The position numbers and the translations under genes were made by a program. A stretch of DNA of 64,000 bases, taken from Bugula neritina (taxonomy: Eukaryota > Animalia > Bryozoa). The notes beneath the pieces are model-generated. The model saw nothing but the letters and a program-made list of their open reading frames with translations, ran no database searches and was not told the DNA's origin. Shown here one piece after another: positions 26,628 to 37,643 of the stretch. Each line of letters starts with the position of its first letter. Within the stretch, counting starts at the first letter, position 1. The stretch covers positions 11,026,722 through 11,090,721 of the forward strand of contig OZ037766.1 in the NCBI GenBank assembly GCA_964035545.1, given 5' to 3'.

Positions 26628-27570
26628 GAGGCGACTCACTTGGCATATGCTAAATCCTGTCTGCATTTATTTTACTGCCACGTCCATTTGCAATTCCTTT
26701 CAACTTACAGTTAAGTAGATTATTTGTGATCAAAATGAGCAAAGGTTGGTTTGGCTCCCAAGTTTTAGTCATGTAAACAATTTTAGTTTATATATATATA
26801 TATATTATGACAATTGTTTGTTACAACATTGTGTCCATTTTAATTTATTAATAAGCATAGATATAAAAAAGGTTGTGCACTGTGTTGTTTCATGTGTACT
26901 TGTGTGCAAGTAAAAATTTATTGCTAAAATACATATATCTGTTCACAGTACAAAATAATGCTATTGTAGATGATTGTGAGACTTGCTAAATATGTATGAA
27001 GCTAACAGTTTTTCAGCCTTTCAAAAAAGTATCACATTAAATTGCACAAGCATTTATTTTATCAGTGCTTAATCAAAGCTTAACAAAATGCAAGATAAAA
27101 CTTTACATTGATTACTGATAATTTTAAAATCTTTTTATATGTATATTTCACACCACACAAAAGTTAGAATTGTAAGCATAACAAGTTTTTATGAACATCA
27201 AAATCAGCAGCACCATTAATAACTTTACTGTACACATTAAAAACTGTATTAGATCTTGTGCTAATAAGTATCTTTTTTTAAGATTAGGATTGTTATGATG
27301 GCTAGGAGAGCATTGGAATAAGATATTTATATAATATACATGTACAATAGTTAGTTTTACAAATGCATAGAATGGGTATACCCATTATGAGTTCTTAGTA
27401 AGAGATGCTAAATATGTACGAAGTTTTCCAATATGCAACTCTAAAATTGCATATCTTTCTCAGGTGTTCTCCACTAAACCACCATCAATATATTACTATG
27501 GCTAACCTCTTGCAAAAGCTAAAATGTATTAGGTAGTGAAACCATAAAATAAATACTGGTAGTAATTTCA

Positions 27571-30500
27571 TTAGTAACGGTTAGATTTGTTTAAATTGTT
27601 ATATCTTCCATGTTCATTTCTATCCCAGTCATCACGAGATAGTCCACCTCGCCTGTTCATGCCTCCACCTCTAGTGTGTCTCGCACCATCACGCCGACCT
27701 CCACCATTTCTAGAGTTGCTGTGTGTTCTGTTGCCACTTCGGGGCTTTTTCTCTTCAATGTTCAATCTTTGACCATAGTAATCCATTGACTATTGGGAAC
27801 AAATTGACCATGCATTAAACTCCAAACATTGAAATGTAAAGTTTAGTGTTAGTAAATAACATACTTCAAACACTTGATGAATTTATAATACTATACCTTA
27901 TAAGCCAACACCTTCTGGGCACTTGATTCATGATCAAAAACAACAAAACCAAACGGTAATTTAGTTGTTGAGTTACGGTTGACTCGAACCTGGAGTACCT
28001 TCCCATGCTCTGTAAGTAACAAATTATATGACTGTATAGATGTATGAAGTAGACCACCAACTAGACCTGTACTGTTTGCCTACAGTGGAATTGTAATTTC
28101 GGGATGAAAATTATTTACTTACGATTGAAAAAGTCTGTCAGTTCAGACTCAACAATGGAAGAAGGTAAATTTCCCACAAACACTTGCTGAGAATCTGGAT
28201 ATTTGGTTCTGTCAGGTTTTCTGTAATCGTCATCGAAATACATCATATCCAATCCTTTGCACTCAGCCGCTGCATTGTTTCCAAGTCTGAATGAAAAAAT
28301 TCCTGATGAAAAACTTTCAAGCCACAAGTTTAAATTTTAGCAGAAGAATATAATTACATAACTAAAACAGTTTTTCTTATATATATATATATATGAAAAA
28401 ATAACAAAAGTTAAGCAACCAGACAGAATAGAACTATTTTAGCACAGTACCTGTTATTTCTGATTGCTTGAGATCTGGGGTTTGATTGAATAACGGGTTT
28501 ATCAGGAGAATTTGAAGACTGCGGGCTTGCATCAGATGAAACTTGTCCAGTTGGTGGGTTCAGTATATTGGCCCAAGACTTGGGTTTATCACCAGCTGTG
28601 GCAGCTTCAGCTAAACAATATAACACTACTCTTAGGTTACTTGAAAAAAATTAAAAGTACAGACAGTAGCAAGTAAATTTCAAAAAGGCCAACAATGGGC
28701 ACTAGACTAGAATTCTAAATCACACAACTATAAAGTCTACAAGATAAACCATCAAAATTTAAACTTAAAATAAAAAAATTTCCCCATACAGCAATACAGA
28801 CGTGACCCACCATCTGCTTTATGCAGCTGGATTCCTTGATCTCCACCAGCAGCACTTGTATTGCCAGTTTCAGGTTCTGGTGAAGAGTAAGAAGAGGCTT
28901 GCTGGGTGGGATTGACAGGAGATGCTGGTCTAGGAGAAGCAGATATGGCAGTGTCTCTCGTCTCTTCTCCGTGGCCATTAGCGAGAGCAAGCTCAGTAGC
29001 AGTCACCTCTGTATCCGCAGCTTGAGGTGATGAGCCATGCCTGCCATTGAACTGGTGGTGTTCAACTGGAGCATCTACCTGGTGCTGCTGCTGGTACAAG
29101 TTCACATTGTTGACTTGCTGTGCCACCTCCATGATGGATTTATCAGTTGATTCCTCTACAATTGGACAGCAAAGTACTCAGCATGACATAGAAAATTGGA
29201 GTTAGTATCACCGGCTTTCCAAGGATTGATCTCAATTATAGTTTTTTCATGAGGTGTCAGATCGATCTCGAGGAGTTGCCTCCTCTTAAGTGAAGGGTAT
29301 TTTAATAGTGTAATTTGTTCACCCATCTGAGTGATTAAAGCTAATGAAAGTAAGTTTTACTAGTCATTTAAATTCAAGTTAAATGCTCCCATTTTTGTGC
29401 CTCCTACCGTCTATAATTTCATATAATTGAGTTTTCTTAATCATTTTGATGAAAGTAAAAGTTTTGACAACTGAAAAGGTGGCTTTAGTAATTATTCGGT
29501 ATTTTGCTTAGTAATTAACAATAACTTATCATTTTTATTAGCAGACAACATTTTACTGAGACAATCTTTTTCTACTTCTCAGATCGATCTGGCTTCTTTC
29601 CATGGTCTTATTGACATGACATCGATCTGATTTCCATCTCCACTGACCGACCTCGCTGAGATCGATCCATAGAAAGCCGGTGTATGTCAGTTTTCAAATT
29701 GTTAGGAGCACTAAACTGCGGAAAAATTTTGCTATCCAGCATTGACAAGCTAAATAATAAGGTAAAATAAAAGAATAAAGCATAAGCCTACCTCTTTGTT
29801 GTTCCATAGGATGAGAATCAACAGCTGTGTGGGCTGGCTCCACCTGGCTTTCATCTTCTTCGTCACTGAAGACCTCATCCTGGTATCTAAAGATGTCGTT
29901 GTGAACATAATACTTGTTCCGGTCCTGTGGTGCCAGTACAAAAGTCTGCATAAACCGCCTCATAGGTTGCTGGTTGTTGGACAGCTCTCCTGTCACCTTA
30001 AGAAAACAGAGAGCATGATGACCTTCATGTCTATTTGACGCCTATATGATTTGTCCCATCACCATGCACAAGAGGCACAGCAAAGTGATGTAATACCATA
30101 CTGAGCTGCTAAAATATTGCACCAAGGGCACACAGATAGTCTGCACACAGTGGAATACATCAGAAGCAGTAATTTTCAAGTTCACTTGCATCAGTGCAAA
30201 ACGATTTTCATGCTTGTTTTTGTTTCCATCTTGCTCTTTAAATTTTTAAGACTTTAATGTTAGGTTATAATTAACTGCCTGAATATGTTCTACAGAAATG
30301 CATTCTGATGCTTTTAGGTAGAACTGAACTTCAAACCACTTCTTTGAAAATAATTACTAGGTGGCCAGAAAAGTTAAAGTGGGTTTATGGTTGGCATATT
30401 GTATTATGCTAACTAAATACTAACATTACACAGCTTACACAACAATGGCTCAGCTTACACAATGGCATAAGCTTCTCTTTGATTATGTAATGCTTTAGCT

Positions 30501-32309
30501 GAAAAGACACTGAAACTTAATGAATGCTCCCATTAGCTTTGGGATAATGGCATGCAGGTCAGGTTTCAGGGATGTGAGCCTCCCGAAATAAATTTTTACA
30601 TCCACTTTAAAAGTTATCAGCTGAGCTAAATAAAAATCTAAATAGAATTGACCATTTATTCTTTTTTTATTAAAATTAAGTGTAAATACAGAAGTTATGA
30701 CTAAATGCAATAAAAGAGTCAAAATATATTAATTAAATTTCACTAATGATTACTCAAGTGAGAACTGGGGTAATATGGTTTGAATAGGTACAGCCCAAAA
30801 CTGGTTAGTAAAAGGCAACAGTAAAAGTTGTGCATGATGACAAAAACTTGATATTTTAGACCAGCAATGCTCAACTTGCGGCCTTTAAACTTTTAGCGGC
30901 CTTTTGAGCTGGTAAATGTGGCCTTTTGGTCTCTTAGTAAAATAAAAATTTAGTTCAGGTTCAATTCTTCCTCAATTTTGCTTTTTACTAATTCCCAAGT
31001 TTACTATATTAATCATGACTGCTAGCACATATTGGTGTGAACAGTTATTCTCTCGAATGGGGTATGCCAAAAACAAATTCAAATTGAGGCTAACAGACTC
31101 CTATCTGGCTGATATCCTTCACATATCGGCATTGAACCAAATTATCAAACCATACTGTGTTCTGTTCAATGTACAGAGAAATGCTTACTTTCCTGAACAA
31201 ATCAAGCTATTCTCCTGAATCTTTTTTTCATAAAATAAGTATGGTTTTAGGTAAAAATGGCACCAGTAAAAATGCTCTCAGATAAAAATGGCACGGTAAA
31301 AATGGCACAGGTAAGAATGGCACAAATGGAAAGTAGGTAAAAATGGCAAACTGATGTTAAATCTTTTCAAACCCAACCCCCCCCCTTCCAAACCCCCATC
31401 CTAAACCCTAATATTGAAAATGTGCCATCTTTACATACTTTGTCACTTGTGGCATTATTACCTGTGGCATTATTACCTGTGGCATTATTACCTGTGGCAT
31501 TATTACCTGTGCCATTTTTACCTGTGCCATTTTTACCTGTGCCATTTTTACCGGACACCAATAAATACATATCAAATTAGAAAATAGGCTTAAATTAAAA
31601 TACATGGAGAGTTTTGACAGTGAGATTGACACTGAACTTTCTACTTTCTAGTGGCCTTTTTGGTGGCTCAGGGTTATTTTACGGCCTTTTCCCAAAAAAG
31701 GTTGAGCACCCATGTTTTAGACAAATGACTCCCTTGTTGCATGAATTACTGTGCCATGATGACTATCCATGCGGACTAAACTGGACTAAACTTACCTGAA
31801 CCACCACTCCAGTCGATACAGTTGATTGACTGTCCACATATCTTATTTTTGCATGGCAGTCATTGAAGTTTAAAGACATTATCTTCTTGTGAATTTCCTA
31901 AACAACCAAAATTATCAATTTTAATATTGACATATAAGTAGGTAGATGCTAAAGTTTAATAGAAATTCAATGCTCTGTCAAGTAAATATGCAATATACAG
32001 TATACAAATGTTATTTTTTTTATTAAAAATACCGTGAACCATGATTCTGTCATACTTTCTAAAAACTAAGACTAGCATGAAAATTAGGTATAACGTGAGT
32101 AAGCATTGGCTTCAAAATATTGACAGTAAACTAACCGATTGGCCTACAACTGGAACATCATTGGATGAGCCACTGTGTATGAAACTTGAATCGTGACTGT
32201 AGAACCTGTGAACATACTCTGGAGCTTCATTTAGAAGTGTGTAGTACTGCCTGACGAACTCTTGGCCTACACACTGAGGACTAGGAGATGGTGTGCCATC
32301 CATGACCAT
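27571..32309 (-). CDS. G3BP: Ras-GAP SH3-binding protein (G3BP/rasputin). Exons 32309-32136, 31897-31796, 29996-29792, 29155-28811, 28610-28451, 28286-28123, 28009-27897, 27789-27571
   Basis: NTF2-like domain ([23 protein letters not shown]; [39 protein letters not shown]), PKSWA motif, RRM ([13 protein letters not shown]; LPFGFVVF; RLNIEEKK) and RGG tail. All junctions are in phase. Confidence 0.95.
29209..29682. mobile_element. CACTA/EnSpm-like non-autonomous element with GATCGATC subterminal repeats
   Basis: TIR CACCGGCTTTC / GAAAGCCGGTG with 3-bp TAT on both sides. Homologous to 45907-46661. Confidence 0.75.
30862..31714 (+). mobile_element. Deleted hAT (Charlie/Buster-type) element in a G3BP intron
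   Basis: Perfect 8-bp TSD TTTTAGAC (30854-30861, 31715-31722). TIR CAGCAATGCTCAAC / GTTGAGCACCCATG. Transposase C-terminal remnant [25 protein letters not shown] at 31015-31218. Confidence 0.88.
31243..31559. mobile_element. Foldback/MULE-like MITE of inverted 15-bp GGTAAAAATGGCACA arrays, nested in the hAT element
   Basis: Head-to-head arrays of the 15-mer, GG..CC ends, and an imperfect 9-bp flank AATAAGTAT / AATAAATAC. Confidence 0.65.
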
Positions 32310-33011
32310 ACTGCTACAGCAACTATTTAATTTAATTGCAAATTAAGAATGATGAGAATTATAATATGATGAAACTTAGAATTGCAATAGTCAACTAATA
32401 ATGCAAATCAAAATTTTGTCCTGTAATGTTACTATTTTTAAACTCAACTTCAAAATTACATTTATCAAGATACGACACCTTTCTCTTTGAGTTTGTTAGT
32501 AGGTTCTTAGGCTCTCCTAATCGAGTTTGTGGAAGCTATTGGTCAGGTGCCCACTTGAGTGTGAATTTTCGATGGATTAAAGAGTTCTCTGTAAATATAA
32601 TATATTTTATTATTATTATTATATCAATATGTTTAAGAGAATTTAAATATGATTCCAATCATTTTCATTTTGGTAATTCCATCATTATGATTATTATTAT
32701 ACGTAAAGCTATAGTGCAATAGTAGTACTAGGGCTGATACTACTACTACGACTAGTAGTAGTAGTAGCAGTAACACTAACAATAAATTTAATACTAATAC
32801 TAATAGTACAAGTATAACAAATGAACAGTGCTGGTATTGGGACTATTACACTACAAGTACAAGTTGAAGTACAAGCTGAAGGTTTACTTTTCCTTCAATT
32901 CAACTCTAACCCTAAGGTTAGCTTTTAGTTTTACTTCTAGTATTAGTAGTAGTAGTGGTACTACTACTTACTAGTACTAGCAGTTTTACTTCTGCTTTCA
33001 GTTTGTAACAG

Positions 33012-33429
33012 TATTACTAAATATAATACTAATAGTTTAACTTTTACTTTAGGTTTAGATTAAAACTTTAAAATTCAACTTCAAGACCAACTATGACTCG
33101 TAAGTTTATAGTTATACTTATACTAATAGTAATAGAGCAAATTGCTCTATTAGTATCACTATAACTATTACTATTAGTATTACTATTAGTATTAGTATTA
33201 GTATAAGTATAACTATAAACTTACGAGTCGGAGTTGGTCTTGAAGTTGAATTTTAAAGTTTTAATTCAAACCTAAAGTAAAAGTTAAACTATTATATTTA
33301 GTAATATTATTGAATATAAATTAAATTTAAAAATAAAATATATAACTTCAACTTGAAGTATTGCTCAGCAATATTTAAAGTTATATATTTTATTTTTATT
33401 TTTAAATTTAATTTATATTCAATAATATT
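33012..33429. repeat. Two abutting long AT-rich palindromes (33012-33306, arms ~120 bp; 33303-33429, arms ~55 bp)
   Basis: Example: AATTCAACTTCAAGACCAACT..GACTCGTAAGTTTATAGTTATAC is mirrored by GTATAACTATAAACTTACGAGTC..AGTTGGTCTTGAAGTTGAATT. The second palindrome is centred on TATTGCTCAGCAATA. Confidence 0.9.
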
Positions 33430-33539
33430 GCACTTTCACTTAATCACTTCAATACACTAAAGTTGGTTATTACTTTAAAAGTAACGCGTTTGATAAAATA
33501 AAATACTTAGGTTTGCTTACTCCTGAGAATTATGTATGT

Positions 33540-33850
33540 ACTTTGAAAGTTGGGTCAAGATCCTTTCCCAGAAGCGACTGTCCAAAAAGTACGTCGCCTA
33601 CCATGCAGATTAGAATAATGAATGCGTCAACAACAACACAATCGACCAGTTTTTGCGCATTAGCTAACGGCCCACCGTTAAAGCTATCGTGTACTTATCT
33701 GAAGATTCCCATCAATAAAAAGTCCGTTGTATCAGTCAGAAAAGATGAGCTAACTCTCGATACTAAAGTAACGTTCCAGTACATTCCATGCGACAAAGCC
33801 AGGGAAATGACTTCGTTTCACAAAAGAGTCATATGACTCAGGCTGTTTTT
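33540..33850 (-). promoter_or_regulatory. Putative G3BP promoter / non-coding first exon
   Basis: CpG-rich island ~1.3 kb upstream of the ATG, a minus-strand donor-like ATG|GTAGGC near 33600, and an acceptor directly before the start codon. Confidence 0.5.
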
Positions 33851-35169
33851 CAATGATTATTCCAGATTAATCCTTTTATAAACGGCATACTTTACATTAT
33901 ATGTTATATTTTTTATTTATCTTTAGTCTGACACCTGACAAAACTATTTAGCATATGTATATGTATAATATGTATATTATATATTAGTACAAAAAGTACT
34001 CAAAGAGCAATGAATAAGGAAAATAAAATACAAATGATGACATTTTAAGAGGTACACATTTATTCAGACTTTATAGAGTATCCATCAGGAATCGTGTTTC
34101 CTATTAGATTCATCAGGTTTGTGGCCATAATGCAGGAGCAATCATGACATTTTGTTTAAACATTGGGTATAAAAGCTGAGTGGAATTTTCTTCTTTTTCT
34201 AAACCCCTTCAATTTGGTAATCCTTACTCTAGAGGAAAAGGATGGCATTAATAATGTGGGGGGGGGGGGAGCTACTAAAATCATTTTTACTTAAATCTCT
34301 ATAACTTATTTTTATTGTACAAGTATGTTATATACTAATGGCAAAATATTTCTCAGATATGCTTTTATATTATTGCATAAAATTGTATACAGGGATTTAT
34401 TTAACCGTGGTCCATAGTTTGAGTCCAACAATCAACATGTTCAGTATACAGTTCTGAATAAACCAAAAAGTGAGGACTAAATGTTTGGCACATAAATGGC
34501 ACCTATTTCATCACAATATGGCTACAGGGTTTTTAAATTAGTTGTCTTCCAGCCTCTAGGTCAAAATTAATGAAGTTTCAAATCAATTCAGTACATATTA
34601 TTTGTACACAAAATTCAGTATAAAACAAAATTGTTAGAGCAGATAACTCTAAAACAGTATGTAGACGACCTTTCACATGTATAAGGACATTTTAATACTG
34701 CATAAGTGAAGTGTGCCATGGATTCGTTAATGCAGAGATAAATGCAAAATGAAACTTTTGCCATTATAATAGGGTAAGGTTTCGGCTGACAGAGTTTGCT
34801 TCCTGATTTAATTTGTCTCAGCAATGTTTTTGCTTTCCTATACCTATAAATTACACTTCAAAAGCCAATTTACTAGTTCAGGTTGTATGTGCCATGGAAA
34901 TCAAGCTAGAAAGGTGGCTTTTCAAATTACACTTTCAGACTAGAGTCTAATTAGCATCAGTACACATTTGGTTGTGCCTGGATAAAACTTAAAAGCCAAA
35001 GCAGTTTTGCTCTTAAAATATTTCTCAGTTGCATTAAGTTTAATCATCCAATATGCAATAGGACTAGTTATTCTAATCCGACTTAGTTATATTTTATTAA
35101 TAATTATTATTATAGTTCGATTGATTTGATGTAATATCTTATATTTTGTTATTACATGCTGTAAAAGGA

Positions 35170-35570
35170 AAGCGGCTTTTACACGCGTAAAGCAACAGAA
35201 GATAAAAATTACAAATATATAATTATAATGAACTGGAATAATATTATTTAATGCGTTTAATGCGCATTAGCCTGTCGCCACGGAGTCGTTTTTAGATGAC
35301 TTTGTTGTAGGCCTACGGTGTACAGACGCCAAGCAAACCTTAGAGTAAAGAACGTGTTCTATAGTGTTTCTAAGCACCGCGAAAGTGATAACAGAAAATC
35401 GCTTGAAGCATCACCAAGTAAGAGATGACCGAGTGTAGTAGTTGGGGTCTCGAGTTTGAATTTGGTGGTTTAAAGTTCAGATAACGATTTGTATGCAAAT
35501 GCTGCACTCAGTAACCCCCAAACTGGTGCTGCTTGTAACGATATTCACAACAAAAGCATTGGTTCAAAAC
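35170..35570 (+). promoter_or_regulatory. Putative promoter / first exon of a + strand transcript
   Basis: Second CpG-rich island with donor-like AA|GTAAGA near 35418. The next strong acceptor is TTTCATTTAG at 43865, beyond the Gypsy element. Confidence 0.35.
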
Positions 35571-36110
35571 TATGCGATTTTATTGTACAATAAATATTTG
35601 TTATATTTTATGTATAAACATCCTATTTGACTCAAAATGTTCTCCTCTCATTGTTATGTAATATAAAAAGTTAACTTAAGGCTAATTAGTATTACTATTA
35701 GATTTAGTATTACTATTAGTATTACTATTAGTATTACAATTACTGTTGGTCTTACAGTTATGAGTCAGAGTTATTTTTAGTTTTATTAATATTATAATTA
35801 TTACTTGTATTTAGTTATTCTAAAAAATATTAAATGTCATCATTGTTCTTATAGTACCAATAGTTTGTACGTTGAGTGTAAAGTTAAAACTCAATAAGAA
35901 ATAATTTCAATTTGAATTTGTTTACTAATGGCTTCAAATTAAGCTTAAACTCAAACTAGCCAAAATTATACTTATACTAGTTATACTTAACCTTATACTT
36001 ATAGCTATACTGTTAGTGTTAGTGTTATTGTTATACTTATAGTTATATAATGTTTATAATAATAATTAATAGCAGACTTTGATTTAATTATAAGCTTCTA
36101 CTATTAGTAT

Positions 36111-36858
36111 TGTAATAATTTTATGCGTAGAATGTTATAATTCGCTGCATGCAATTATTTGTGTGGGTTGCTAGCTGATTGAACACAGTGACTCTTTGTG
36201 AGAGTACTTAGAACACAGTGACTCTTTGTAGGGGGGTATTTATGCACAAATAAATAAGAAATTTGATACTCACAATCCCTTTATTTTACTCCACAATACA
36301 TAAATCCAAAAATATAAAGTTAGGGAGGACAACTCCTTACATCATGTGGAAAACTTACTAGTAACTGTTAAACAAGGTATAAGATAATTAATTAAATATA
36401 TAAGTGTCCTGGCTTGGTAGCTCCGAGATGTGTCCTGTTGTGCTGCTGGCTGAAGACTGAATCTACTGAGATGAGGGCCTCCTTTTATATGTTGGGAAAC
36501 AGTCCAACTAGAATGTTCCGTGCGAATTCGAGGGAATTCGCTCGAATCGCAGGGGATTCGCAGGGCCAGAACAAAGGTTTCGCTCGAATCGAGCGAACTT
36601 CGCAGGGAAATCCCGGTTATCTTGATTATATAAGCGTTCCTGTGAGCCGTCAGAAACAATAGCTAATCCAGTCACGTCAGTAGTAATAAGTAGCTGGGAA
36701 TAATAGCTAATCCCATCATTGCCAACATAACACTTAGCTGTTACAATACTATGGCTATGTAATGATATATATCTAGGAAAACACGCATTCCATGGGAATA
36801 AAGTTAATAATAGTAAAGGAATACACGCAACAATTACAATATACACAATTTTACCACA
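36111..36858 (-). repeat. 3' LTR (748 bp)
   Basis: Near-identical to 42941-43678 (about 8 substitutions by eye plus one 10-bp indel). Adjacent PPT TGGAGGGGAGTG at ~36859-36870. Confidence 0.97.
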
Positions 36859-37643
36859 CACTCCCCTCCATCAGAAAGTACAACCTCTTTCTGATATAAG
36901 AAATAAGAAAAATATAAATTGTTAAAACACACACAAAAATTGATATAAAAGAGCATAATTGAGTAGGTAGTACCAGGAATAAGTATTTAGACAACATGAT
37001 CAGAAAATAGCTATCCAACACACACTTAGCTAATTATACAGTGCTGGTGCTGTCCGAGGTACTTCTTGTTTAAGGTGCTGTAGGCCGTGCAGTAGGGGTG
37101 CGCATGGCTGTGTAGTAGTTGTTCAACTTCCCCATCAATCTGCTTAACTTCCTCCTTAATTCGATTCTGCAGGTATACTGTCAGGGCCTCGGTCTGCGGC
37201 CTTAATGCTTGAGTAGCTTGCCCAGTATCGACCTGATGTCCACTGTCTGCCCGCAGTGTCTGCTCCTCATCCATTTCTCTTACTGATTTGCTGCTCTGGG
37301 CGATGTTCTGCCCGCTATCAGGAACTTGTAACCTTTCCGCTGCTACCCGTAATGGCTGGGTGTTTGACAGAAGGAGGTGCTGTATATCCTCTAGTGGGCT
37401 TCTGCCACGTGTTGGTTTACCTCCTTGAAGAGCTGTGCTGAAAGGTCCACCTTTCACCCGACCACAGTAGTATTCTCCCAAATATCCAGGGGGCCTTCGA
37501 GTCCTCTGACTGCGTCTTAGGCCTTCTGTGTCAAACACGGTGGCCTGTCCTTCGGTGTTGGTGGCTCTACCTTCTCCTACTTCTGAGGTAGGTTGGTCTA
37601 CCCTCTCCGGTATTACGGGGGGTGGTCCTACTGGTGAGGGTGC

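Noticed and set aside
31367-31632. [10 protein letters not shown] and VKMAQ repeat ORFs
   Set aside because: Translations of a 15-bp TE array with no splice context.
33513-33836. 107-aa + strand ORF
   Set aside because: Non-ATG start, overlaps the CpG-rich G3BP promoter region in antisense, and has no recognisable similarity.
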